A DNA stretch of 64,000 nt, from positions 349,276 to 413,275 of the forward strand of contig CAVQUB010000002.1 in assembly GCA_963716725.1 (NCBI GenBank). Direction: 5' to 3'. Below are positions 19,458 to 31,000 of this stretch, in pieces. Both the position numbers and the translations under genes were made by a program. Below the pieces are notes generated by a model. That model was not told the origin of the DNA, searched no databases, and saw only the letters and a program-made list of their open reading frames with translations. Source of the DNA: an uncultured delta proteobacterium. GTDB lineage: Bacteria > Myxococcota_A > Polyangia > Polyangiales > Polyangiaceae. The first letter of the stretch is position 1; each line of letters begins with the position of its first letter.

Positions 19458-20450
19458 TCACTTGTAGCTGAGCGTGACGTTACCCTCGGCGAAAACGCCG
19501 TTCTCGCCCTGCGTGGACAGGCCGTAAGCCGCACCGCCGGCGCCGCAGGTCACGGTTTTGTCGGTTGCGCCAGCCTCGGACGCGGTGCAACCGCTCGGAG
19601 CCGCGCCGGTGTCGACGGCGCCGTGGGGGGCGCTCGCGTGCAGCGAATAGTTGCCCGACGCGGGGAAAGTCGCGCTGATGCTGCCCTCCCCGGTCACGCT
19701 GATCTTCCCGCCCTTGGCGGCCGCCGAAACCTGGCTCACGCGGAGCACGACCGACGGATCGTCTCCACCGTCTCCCTCCGTCGTGATGTTCACGTCGTCG
19801 CTGACGTCGAGCACGGTGACCGTCTCTCGGCAGGTGACGCCGGTGCTGACGACGCTGGGCCCACCCTTTACGGTACAGTCGCCGAGCGAAGCCTTGTTCG
19901 TGAGGGTGACCGTCTTGGCAGATGCCACGGCGTTCACGTCGACGTCGAACTCACCCGCGTTGGCGAGTGGGCCGTCACCATGATTCATGATGGTCAGGTT
20001 CCCGTCGAACTCCGGCGGCAACTTCACGGTGATGGAAGTGCCGAGCCCGTTGGTCGGATCGCCCTTCCTTGCGGCGATGACGTCGACATTTGCCCCGTCC
20101 TGGATCTTCAGGTCCAGGTCCTCGTTCATCTGGCGCGTCGCCAGCTCTTTCTCGTCGTAAGCTTCGAAATCGAAAGGCTTGAAGATCACTTCCACGGTAC
20201 CTGCCGCGGCGCCGCCCTCGACGGTCACGTTGCCGTACACGGCCGAGATCGTCACCGAGCCGCCAGCCTGGTAAGGAACCGTCTTCGGGACGTCGGTGCC
20301 GTCGAACTTGGTCAGGGATTTGCCCTGAATGCAGGTGCCCTCCGAGCTCTCCTGCTCGTTGTCCGGACACTCCGCGAGTTTGCATCCGCTGGCGCCCACC
20401 AAGGTGAGCGTCATGAGCCCGAGCGCCAAAGTTCCTAAGATGTGCTTCAT
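19458..20450 (-). CDS. Hypothetical lipoprotein, beta-rich (possible DUF4097/adhesin-like beta-helix)
   Basis: Lipobox LVGASGC. Repetitive G/T/V-rich beta-strand-like sequence (VTVEGGAAAGTVEV, VDVNAVASAKTVTLTN, ISVTGEGSISATF). Confidence 0.5.
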   Translation of the reverse strand: MKHILGTLALGLMTLTLVGASGCKLAECPDNEQESSEGTCIQGKSLTKFDGTDVPKTVPYQAGGSVTISAVYGNVTVEGGAAAGTVEVIFKPFDFEAYDEKELATRQMNEDLDLKIQDGANVDVIAARKGDPTNGLGTSITVKLPPEFDGNLTIMNHGDGPLANAGEFDVDVNAVASAKTVTLTNKASLGDCTVKGGPSVVSTGVTCRETVTVLDVSDDVNITTEGDGGDDPSVVLRVSQVSAAAKGGKISVTGEGSISATFPASGNYSLHASAPHGAVDTGAAPSGCTASEAGATDKTVTCGAGGAAYGLSTQGENGVFAEGNVTLSYK

Positions 20451-20534
20451 GGTCTTCCAGGTACCTCGTCCCATCAGTCTACGCAGAACCTTTGGGTTTC
20501 TTCCCTGCCCCGGAGCCCGAAACCCAGGTTGCCG

Positions 20535-21410
20535 TCAGACCTCCAAGCCCATGACACCCCTCACCTTTTCTCGGAACGCCTGGCGTAGCCGCAGGGTCAT
20601 CGGACCGGGACGGCCCGCCCCGACGGGCTCCGAATCGACCCGAACCACCGGCAGAAGCTCGCGAATGCTCGACGAAATGAAGACCTCGTCGGCCCCGATC
20701 AGTTCCGATGCCGGCAGCGGACGAAGCTCGACCTCGATGCCCAGGTCCCGGGCCACGCCGAGCACGAACCAACGCGTGATGCCTGCCAGGATGCCGACCT
20801 CTTCGGGGGGCGTCACGAGGCGGCCCTCGCGGACCGCAAACACGTTGGACGTTGCGCCCTCCACCACGTTGCCACCCCCGTCGACGATCAACGCTTCACT
20901 CGCGCCCTCGGCCCGGGCGCTGCGCATCGCGAGCACGGCCACGAGGTAGTTGCCGACCTTGGTACCTGCCGCCTCCGTCGCCTCCGAGACCCGCTGGGTC
21001 CGGTAGGTCACGACGGCGATGCCGCGGTCGTATGCCTCCGGCGGCGGCGGCTCGAGCCTCCCAACGATGATGGCGCGCAGCGGATGCGCCACGAAGCCGG
21101 TATCCAGACCGAGCGGACCGCTGCCGCGGGTGACGATCACGCGCACGTAGGACTCTGCGTTGCCCGTCGCTGCGACGGCGGCCTCGATCTCCGCCCCGAG
21201 GACCTCGAGTGACACCGGCAACTCGATGAACACCTTCGCGGCGCTCCGCTCGAGGCGCTGCAAGTGCTCGAGCAAAGCGAAGGCTCGCCCGCCATAGGTC
21301 CGAAGCGTCTCGAATACGGAGTCTCCGTAGAGGAACCCACGGTCAAACACGCTGACGACGGCAGCTTCGGGTTCGTGCACGAGGCCGTCGATCCAAACGC
21401 GGGTGGTCAC
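20535..21410 (-). CDS. Class IV (branched-chain / D-amino-acid / ADC-lyase type) aminotransferase
   Basis: WIDGLVHEPEAAVVSVFDRGFLYGDSVFETLRTY, VGNYLVAVLA, GITRWFVL. GTG 21410 overlaps the upstream stop (GTGA). The track start is at 21422. Confidence 0.8.
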   Translation of the reverse strand: MTTRVWIDGLVHEPEAAVVSVFDRGFLYGDSVFETLRTYGGRAFALLEHLQRLERSAAKVFIELPVSLEVLGAEIEAAVAATGNAESYVRVIVTRGSGPLGLDTGFVAHPLRAIIVGRLEPPPPEAYDRGIAVVTYRTQRVSEATEAAGTKVGNYLVAVLAMRSARAEGASEALIVDGGGNVVEGATSNVFAVREGRLVTPPEEVGILAGITRWFVLGVARDLGIEVELRPLPASELIGADEVFISSSIRELLPVVRVDSEPVGAGRPGPMTLRLRQAFREKVRGVMGLEV

Positions 21411-22030
21411 GGGGCACCCCACAGGGCGAGCTCGTGCGCGGCGCGGTCACCGGCCGCGACAATCGCCGAATCGATCAAGCGCGGATCCGCCAGCGCCGCC
21501 TCGGCATCCAGTGGCGCGCCCACCACGATCACCACTCGCGAGAAGGGCAATACGACCAAGAAATCGTCCCAAATCCGGGACAACCGGAAGCCCCATCGCG
21601 CTCGACTGCCCACCGGCAAGAGCGGCGCGCGGGAGAGCACGGCCGCCTTCGCCGCGCCGGCTTTGGCGCGAAAGGCCGGCCCGCGCGGCCCGTCCACCGC
21701 AAACAGGGCGTGCTCGCGACGGCGTGTGACCCGGCGAATGAGCGCCGCCAGGCCTACCGCGCCGCCTCGCGAGCTCGACCCGCGCACGCTGCCGACGCCG
21801 AGGGCACGGAGCACTCCCGCTTGGAGCTCGCCGTCGACGGAGCGGCTGACCATGGCGACGCTCGGGCGACGGCGTCGCGCCGCGAGCAGCGGCATCTGCC
21901 TCCCGTGCCAAAACGCAAACACGCTTGGTGGCATCGTCGAGAGCTCCACGGGTGAGTACAGCTTCACGCGCAGGGTCCAGAGCCAGACCCGGACCAAGAA
22001 CCCGAACGACAGGCCGACGAAACGCCGCAT
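21407..22030 (-). CDS. DUF374-domain lysophospholipid-acyltransferase-family protein
   Basis: 207 aa. FAFWHGRQMPLL..., VSRSVDGELQAGVLRALG..., VDGPRGPAFRAKAGAAKAAVLSRAPLLPV is typical of DUF374. Confidence 0.7.
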   Translation of the reverse strand: MRRFVGLSFGFLVRVWLWTLRVKLYSPVELSTMPPSVFAFWHGRQMPLLAARRRRPSVAMVSRSVDGELQAGVLRALGVGSVRGSSSRGGAVGLAALIRRVTRRREHALFAVDGPRGPAFRAKAGAAKAAVLSRAPLLPVGSRARWGFRLSRIWDDFLVVLPFSRVVIVVGAPLDAEAALADPRLIDSAIVAAGDRAAHELALWGAP

Positions 22031-22050
22031 CCGGGCGGGTCCTCGAGCGC

Positions 22051-25000
22051 TCAGCCTTTGAGCTCGGCCAAGAGCTGCTTCGCCTTTTCGAGGCCGTCGT
22101 CAGCTTGAATCGCTCGCTCGAGCATCTGAATGGCCTTGGGCTTCTCGTCTTGCTTGGCGTGGATCTCGCCTAGATGGAAGAAGACCTCGGCCTTGGTGAT
22201 CGGCGAGTCGCTGTCGAGCTTCTGCAAGAGCAGAGCTCGGAACATCTGCATGGCTTTCTTGAGATCGTCGACACGAATGGCCACGAGCCCGAGCGCCTTC
22301 AACACATGGACATTTCCGGGCTCGATACGGAAGGCCTTGTCGAGCTCGCCCAACGCCTTTTCGGTGTCGCCGTCGGCGAGGTGAGCATCGGCCAGGCGAC
22401 GGTGGATCTCCCCGAGCTCCTTGGAGCGTTTGCCACCGTAGCTGTCCACGATCTTCTGCAGTACTTCGGCCGCGGCCTTGCCTTTGCCGGACGCGCTGTA
22501 GGCGTCGCAGAGCAAGAGCAAGAGCTCCCGGTCGTCCGGGCGCAGGGCGCTCGCGCGCTCCAAAACCAGCGCCGACTCGGCCCAATCTTTGCGCTTTGCG
22601 GCGTGGGTGTCGGCAGCGCGCCGGAGCAACGCGACCTGTTCGTCGACCGACGTCGCGAGCTCGGCGTCGGTGATCAAGTGGGCGGCGAGCTTGTCCCAGG
22701 ACTCGCTCTCCTGATGGAGCGCGAGCAGACGCTCTCGGACTTCTCGCTGGGTCTTGTCGACCTCCAGAGCGCGTTCGAGGGCGGCGGCCGCCGAGAGCTT
22801 GTCGCCCAGGGTCTCGTGCACATCCGCAAGCGTGCCGCACAGGCGCACTGCCTCGTCGCCGGTACTCACGGCGATCAAGCGGTCAAGGACGCTCGCGGCG
22901 GCCGCCAGCTCGTTGCCGGCTTGGTGGAGCCGGGCAAGCGCCTCGAGCGCGCCACGGTGCGAGCCGTCGCGCTCGAGCACGGTCTGGTAGGTCGCAATGG
23001 CCTTGGTACGGTCCTGGATCCGGGTGTCGTAGATCTCACCGAGCCGCACCTGGAAGCGCAGCTCGGCTTGGGTATCACCGCGCTGGCGGGCCCCCTCGAT
23101 CTGAGCGGAGAGCAACTCCGCTAGCTCCTCGTCGCGGTGCGCCTTTTCGTAGAGCTCGCTCAAGGTCACGACGGCGTCGCCGTTGCCCGCGTCGTCGTCC
23201 AGCACGATCCGAAGCAGTTCGACCGCGGTGTCGATGGCCTCGAAGCGCTCGACGTTCAGCCTGGCAAGCTCGATTCGAAGGGCGCTCCGGTCCGCCGGCG
23301 CGTCGCACAGATTGACCAAGCGCTCGAGCAGCTGACCGAGGTTCTCCCAGCGCTCGGACGCGCCGTAGAGCTCTCTCAGCGCGCTAGACGCGACGCGGTC
23401 CTGGGGATCGTCCTCGAAGAGCTGCTCGTAAAGGGTGATGGCGTCCTCGAGCTGGGAGAGCTCGTGCCGCGCAATCCGCGCGGCGCGGTGCCTGAGCTCG
23501 CGCACGATGCTGCCCGTCGCGCCGATTTCGGCTCGACGCGTGAGCAGCTGGAACGTCTCGGGGAAATCCCCGGCGCGCTCTCGGAGTTCGATGAGCTCCG
23601 AAAGTCCCCACAAACTCGCGTCGTCGTGCGCGAGCAACTCGCGGACCAACGCCTCCGCCAGCGCTGGGTCCTGGAGGCCATCCGCGAGCCCCTTGGCTTC
23701 GCGATGGAAGTCCTCGCGTCGGCTGTCGTCGGACTGGAGCTTGGCCCGTCGGCGCAGGGTCTCGATCAGATCGCGTTCGCGACCGGCGGTTCGCTGGAGC
23801 TGCTCGATCAGCACCAACACGTCGTCGCTGCTCGGGTCGACCTCGAGGGCCTTGGCCAGCGACCGCTCGGCAGCGGCGGAGTCTTCCATCTTGTCGCGTT
23901 GCCAAGTGGCGACACGCACACACAGGTCCCGCGCGAACTCGCGACCCAGGTCCGGGTTTTCGTCGACCGCGGCTCGGAGCGCCGCCGCTGCGCCCTCCCA
24001 GTTGTTGGTGATGGCCGCCAAGCGCTCGATCTCGTCGAGTAGCGACGAGTCCGAAGGATCGTCACTCAACCCCTGCTGCAGGACACGTTGGGCGGCGCCC
24101 GCGTCCTTCGCGTCGTCCTCCAGCACGCGCGCCAGGCTCTTGCGCATGTCGATGCGCTGCTCCCGGCTCTCGGCGTATCCGACGCGTTTCTCGTAGAGCG
24201 ACGCCAGGCGATCGGTCTTGCCGCGTTGGCGGTAGACGGACTCGAGGACCTCCGCGGCCTCCTCGAACAAATCGCGCTCCGCGGTCAGCTTCTCGAGCTC
24301 CTCGGCGGCGCCGTCGTGCTCGGGCGCGCGCTCTATCGTCATGCGGAACGACGCGAGCGCTCGGGCGGACTCCTTGAAGTCCCGCACCTGGATCACCCCG
24401 AGGCGGTGATAGAGCTCGGCCTGCCCCGCGTCCGAGGACTCGAGGGCGATGCGCCGCTCGACGACGTCCGCCAGAGCCTGGGCGTTGCCCATCTTCCCGT
24501 GCAGGCGATCCAGGGACTCGAGCAACCCCGGCTCTTCGCCCGCTTGCTCGAGGGCGTGGCCGTAGGCCTCGACGGCCCGCGCGTCGTTCGAGAGTCGCTC
24601 CTCGGCGATGCGCCCGAGTCGCGACCAGAGCTCCTTGGCGACCTCGGGTTCGAAGGTGCTACTCGCGCGTTCGGCGAGGGCGTCGGCGTACGAGCCCCAG
24701 CCGTTGCTGGCCGCGCACAATCGCTCGATTTCCCCGTGCAAGTCGCCGTCGTCGGGCCGCTCGGCGAGGGCCCGCAAGAGAGCGGCCTGGGCGTCGGCGG
24801 GGCGACTCAGCTTGGCATCCAAGACCTCCGAGATGGTCCGCAGGGTTTCCGCGCGCTGATTCGGATCCGCCTCGATGCTCAGGCGCATTTCGAGAGCAGC
24901 CGTCAGCTCTTCGTGGCGCTCGGTCGCGCGCAGCACGGGCACCAAGATGCCGGTCACCGTCGCGCGCAAGTCCTCGTGTTCTCTGCCCAGCGCGAACACC

Positions 25001-28000
25001 CGGGACCCGGTCTCGGTATCGGTGGGCAGCTCGTCGAGCACCAAACGATACGCTTCGAGCGCCTCGTCGTAGCTCGTCAGCCTCTCGGCCAAGAGAGTAC
25101 CCATCTCGCGCCGCAGCCGCGCGCGCTCGTCCGCCGACTCGGCGCGACTCGCTTCGAGCTTCAAGTTGTCGAGGAGCTCGGGCCACATTTCTTCGGCGCG
25201 ATACAGCCGGTCCAGCTCGCGGAGCACCTCGGGATCCGCGGCGCGGACTGCCAACGCCTGGCCCAAAAGATCGATGGCCTTCGGCCGATCCGAGAGCTTG
25301 GCTTCCTGAGTCTTGGCCGCGCGGCAGAGCAGGTCGTACTTCAAATCGGCGTCGTCTTCGCCGCAGAGGTCGACGCGGCGCTGGTACAGCTCAGCGAGCA
25401 CCTCGGCCTCGCTGCCACCTTCGCGCAGTTCGATCAGGCAATCGACGGTAAAGGCACTCTCTGCGTCGAGCTCGAGCGCCCTTTCGTAGGCGACGATGGC
25501 GCCCGGAACGTCCTCGAGCATGTCGCGCTTGGCCTCGCCCACTCGCCGGAACAGGCTGGCACGCTCGTCGTCGTCCAGAACGTACTCGGCCTTCGAGGAG
25601 AGCACATTGACCAGCACTGCCCAGTCGCTGAGCAGCGTCGCCAACATCTCCATCCGAGCCAGCACCTCGACGTCGGACTCGTCCACCTGACGCATTCGCT
25701 CGTAGGCACTCAGCGCCGCTCGCGGATCGTCGCGGCGGGTATCGTGGACCTCCGCGATTTTCGCCAAGAGCTCTCGGCGCGACACCAAATCGGGATTCTG
25801 TTCGAGGGAAGCCTCGTAGCTCTCCGTCAGCTTGTCCCAACCGTTCGTGAGCTCGGTCAGCCGCTCGAACTCGGTGCGTGTCTCGCCGTCGTCGGGGTCG
25901 AGCCCCACCGCGACGCGTAGCGCACGGCACGCCCGCTCGGCGTCGCGGCCGCGCTCCTCCCAGAGGCGGGCCGTCTCCCTGAGGACCGCGACCTTTTCCG
26001 GTGGCGACTCCGCCAACGCGTAGCGGTCCTCGTTGAGGCGCACCAGACGCTTCCAGTCGTCCGCGCCTTCGTAAAGCGGGCGCAGGATCTCGACCACCCG
26101 CAGCTTGAGGCCCTCGTGCTCCAGGAGTCTCTCCAACTCGGAGACCGACTCCGGGTGCCCGGGCACGCTGCGCACGATCTCTTCGAGCTGGTCCACCGCG
26201 CGATCGGGCTCCCGGAGCTCCTTCAAATAGAGACGCGCCAGCGCCAGGCGGCCGGGCGCCGCGACCTCGGGATCGAGGGCGCTCTCGGCCCGGCGCAGGT
26301 AGAGCTCGGCCAGGTCGGTCCAACGCTCACGCTCGCGATAGAGTTCCGTGAGCGCGTTCAGCGTTCGCTCGTCACGTTCATCGACGTCGAGCGCCGCACG
26401 ATACGTCTCGATGGCGGCATCGGCGTTGCCCATCCGCGTTCGCTCTAGCTCCGCCACTACATGCAGCGCGGCTAGCCGGTCGGCCGGTTCGAAGCGATGG
26501 TCGAGCGCCGCGCGATAGTGTTCCACCCGTTCCGCAGCGCGGTCCGTCTTGACCAAAATGGCGTCGACGGAGTCGAAGAGCTCTCGACTCTCGGGCTCGA
26601 AGGCCAGCGCACGCCGCGAAAAGACCAGCGCGCGCTCGTGATCGCCGAGTTCGGCGAAGATCTCGCCCGTGCGCCGCGCGAGCGCCGCCGTAGCCGGTTC
26701 GTCCGTGACGATGTTCTCGAGCTCCGCCGCGTAGATCTCGGCCAGGCGTCTCTCGGCTCCAGCGACCTTGGCCAGGCGCTCGAGCTCCGTGATGCTCGAG
26801 CTGTCCGAGAGATCTTCGTGCAGCAACTTCGCCGTGGTCTCCAGTGCCGCGACGTAGTCTTCCTTCTGCTCCTCGTAGAGCTGAGCCAGACGCGACAGGA
26901 GCTCGCGGCGTTCGTCGGGGTCTTGGCTGACCTCGAGCCGGGCTTGGATCGTCGCCATGACGTTGCTGAAGTCGGCCCGCAACAAATAGACGGGTTCCAG
27001 GATGCCGGCGGCGCGAGCCCGGTGCTCTGCGTCGTCCCCGCTCGTCATCAGCGCCTCGAGCTCTGCGATGGCTCCTGCGTGCTGCTTCTCGGCGCCAAGC
27101 GCTTCTTCGAGTTCGTCGAAGGCTCGCGGGACTTCTTGCATGCGCTGGGCGAGCACCCGCGCCATCTTCACGTGCAAGTCAGCCGGGACGCCCTTGCCTG
27201 CGTCGAGCTGGCGCCGACACAGGTCGACCCAGTCCTGCCAGCGCTCCTCTAGAGCGTAGAGCGACTCGAGCGCGTGAAGCGCGTCCTCCTCGAGGGCAAT
27301 ATCCAGAATCGACTCGTAGGCGCTGACGGCCCCTGCGTTGTCGTTCAACGAATCGGAGAGCAGCCGGGCCTTCCGGTACGACAGCGCCTTTCGCTCGTCG
27401 TCTGTCTCGGCGCTCTCGATGCGCCGCTCGAAGATGCCGAGCAGAGCCGGCGAGTCGCCTTCTTCTTCGTAGAGCGACTCGAGCGCGAGCAGCGCGTGGC
27501 GGTCCTCGGCCCGGAGCTCCAGAGCCTTTTCGTAGTACTCACGCGCCAGCTTCTTGTCCGAGAGCTTTTGCCGAGCGGCGTCAGCGATCTTGAGCGTGAC
27601 AGACAGCTGCAGATCTCCGTCGAAGATGTTGGGAACGACGTCGCAGAGCAACTTGACCTGATCGGCGTGTCGCCCCGCGGCGCTCGCCGTCCGCTCCAGA
27701 TGGTTGAGCCAAACGCCGAGGTCGGTGTGTCCGACGGCTTCCCGGAGCGCACGCTCTGCGAAGTCGTAGGCGCGACGAGGGTCTTCCAGCGAGTGCTCGG
27801 CGATGTGCAGCGCCTTCTCGAGTGCCTCCACCTTCTCGACGGCGTCGTCGGTGGCGGCGACGTCGATTTCGATCACGCGCAAGAGCGCCTCGTGGGCTCC
27901 CTCGCCCTCGTAGATTGGATGAAGGATCGCCGCGGACTCTCGGCGGGCGAGCGACTCCCCGGAGTCGAGCAGCTTCTCGAGGGCGGCGCGACTCGCGGAG

Positions 28001-31000
28001 TGCGTCGTGTCGAGGGTGAGTGCTCGACGATAGGCGTCGAGAGCGCCCTCGAGATCGCGAAGCTTCTCGCCTCTCAGATCGCCGAGCTTGGCCAAGAGGT
28101 CGAGTCGCTCCGCGTCACTCTGGACGATCTCCAGATGGGCGCCGTAGGTCTCGCCGAGATCGTCCCAGCGCTCGGCTGATTGATAGAGCCGCTCGAGGGC
28201 CAGCAGGGATTCGAGCGACGAGCCGTACTCGTCGACGACCGCACGCCAAGCTTCGATGGCATCGGAGACGTTGGCGAGACGATCCGCCTGCAGCTCCGCG
28301 ATGCGCACCATGAGCTTTCTCCGCAGATCGGCGTCATCGGTCACTTCCCGTCGGCGGTCGAGAATGCCGGCGAGGTCGGACCAGTTCTCCGTCTTCTGGT
28401 AGAGCGCGTCGAGGGACGCGAGCGCCAGCTCGTCGGCGGGGTTCTCTTCGAGCAGCGCCTTCCAGGCCTTGATGGCGCCGGCGTCGTCTTCGAGCACGGT
28501 TTGGTGGATTTCGCCGAGTCGCCCAAGAAGCTCGCGTCGCTTCTCGCCGTCTTGCTCGAGAACGACCTGGGTCTGGAGGACTCCGGCCAGCTTCTTGTGC
28601 TGATTCGAGGTGACGTAAATACGTTCCAGGGCCTGCGCCGCCGGTACGACCAGCTGGGCGTCCGACTCGTCGAGCTCGAGCACTCGCCGATAGGTCTCCT
28701 CGGCGCGCGGGCCGTCGTCCAGGAGATCCTCGTGGATCGAGGCGGCCTTCATCAGGATTTCGGCCTGGAGCCCGGCCGTATCGGCCTTCTCTGCGGCCTG
28801 ATTCAGGACGTCGGCGACCCGCGCGTGCGCGCCGGTGCGGCGGCCGACCTCCAGCAGGCGCTCCCGCGCTTCGGCGTCGAGCGGATCGAGGGGCACCAGC
28901 CTCGCGAGCGCTTCGAATGCCCCGGCGTCGTCGTGGAGCCGTTCGACACGAAGAGTGGAGATCCGGCGCAGGAGTTCCCGGCGCTCGTCCTCTTTCATCG
29001 CCTCGGCGTCGCCGCCGCGCATCGCTTCGTCGACCTCTTCGAGCTGGATCCCCAATACCCGGACCAGGTCACGCACCTCGTCGCGGGCCTCGTAGACCCC
29101 CTCCAAGATCTTGGCTGCGCGTCCGCGCATGCTGCCGATGCCCAAGAGCTTCTCGGCGACCTCGCGCGCGTCGTAGTCGTTGGGGCGCTCGCGCAGCACG
29201 TGCTCGACGTGACCGATGGCCCGCTCCGGGCGGTGCAGGCGATCCAACTCGATGCGAGCCAGCCGAAGCTCGATCTCCAAGAGCTCGTCGCCGGTCGCCA
29301 ACTCGACTCGTCGCCCGAGCAGACCGGCGAGGTCTTCGTGGCGTTCGAGCCGCCCGTAGAGGCGGTCGAGGGCGCGGACAGCGCCGTCGTGACTCGGCTC
29401 GAGCTCGAGAATGCGTTCGTAGTGACGGGTAGCCTTGGCCGCGTCGTCGATGATCTCTTCGCAGACCAGCGCGACCTCCACCAGCATCTCGGACTTGCGC
29501 ACTGGGTCGTCGGTCGCGGCGGCCGCGCCGTCGTAGAGAGATTCGAGTTCGCTCCAACGCTCCGCCGCAGTCAGGATGTCCTTGAGACGCAGGAATGCCC
29601 GCTCGTTGCCGGGATCGAGCTTCAACACGCGTTCGAGGTAGGGCGTCGCACCGATCGGATCGCCGAGCTTGTCTTCGTAAAGACGCGCGCCTCGCTCGCA
29701 CAGCTCGATCTCGACGCCGCGGTCGAGCTCCGTGCTGAGGATCTCCCGAAAGGCCTCCGCCAGATCGGTCGGGCGACCTGCCGCCGCAGCCAGCGCCTCG
29801 GCGCGATCCCAGGCCTCGAGTTCGGTGGGGAACTCGCGAACGGCGGCCAGCATCACGTCGAGCGCGTTGCCGTGGGCGCCGAGCTTTTCGTCGTGGACCT
29901 GCGCCAGTCGAGAATAGATGTCCAGGCGCTCCGCCGGATCCTGCGCCTGAGCGAGCATCACGGACAGCGCTTGCGTCTCGCGCCGCGCGTCTCCGCCGCT
30001 CGCATATTGCGTCGCCAGGACCTCCGCCGCCCGCACGCGGGTGGAGTCTCGCTCCATCAGCTTTTCGAGCACGCTGATCGCTCGCGGGTTGCCGGGCGTC
30101 AGCTCCAACGCCCGCACGGCCGAGTTGAGGGCGTCGTCGAAGCGCTCGAGGCGCAGCATGTACAGCTCGCTGAGCTCGACCTCACGTTGCGCGAGATCGT
30201 CGCCGGCCAGACGGTCACGATGCTTCTCGATCACGAGAGCCGCCCCCGCGGCGTCATCGCTCAGGAGCAAGAGCCGGGGTAGCGCACGCATCGCGTTGGC
30301 GTCGCCGGCATCGAGTTCGATCACGCGTCGGTACAGGTCGACGGCCCGCTCTTGCGACTCGAAGACGTCTTCTTCGAGGGTGGCCCAGTCGCTCAGGATC
30401 TGCACCTGCTCGGCCTCGCCTCGAGCGCTCTGCACCCTCAGCTCGAGCAGCCAACGCAGATCATCGCGACGATCGTGCTGACGCAACAGCGCCTCGAGGG
30501 CGCCCGCGGCGTCCGCGTCCGCAGCGTCGCGCTCCAGGAGTCCCTTGTACATGGCGATGGCGTCGTCGGTGCGCCCGAGCTCCGATGCGTACAACCCAGC
30601 GAGTTTGAGCGACAGCGCCCGATGCTCGACGTCCATGATCGCCGAAGCGCGGGCCGCGACGCCGTCGGGCACGGTGACTGCTTCGTCCCGCCCCTTCTTC
30701 TTGCCGCGCTTCTTGCCCTTCTCGGCCGGAGGCGCTTCCGCGTCGGCGGTGGTCGCACGCGGCATCGACGCGATGCGCGCCTCGAGAGCACCCGCCAGCT
30801 CGCCAAATGCCTGGGCCGCGCGCGCGGTTTCTTCGAGCAGAGCCAGGGCCTCGGCGCTGCTGGGCGAAAGCTCGTAGGCGCGCCGGGCGTAACCCGCCGC
30901 CGCCTTCTTGTCGGCGAGCTTGTGGCTCGCCACGTCCACGAGCTTGGTGAGCCACTCGAGCTTGTCAGTTCCCGCCTCGGCCCGCTCTGCCAAAATCTCG

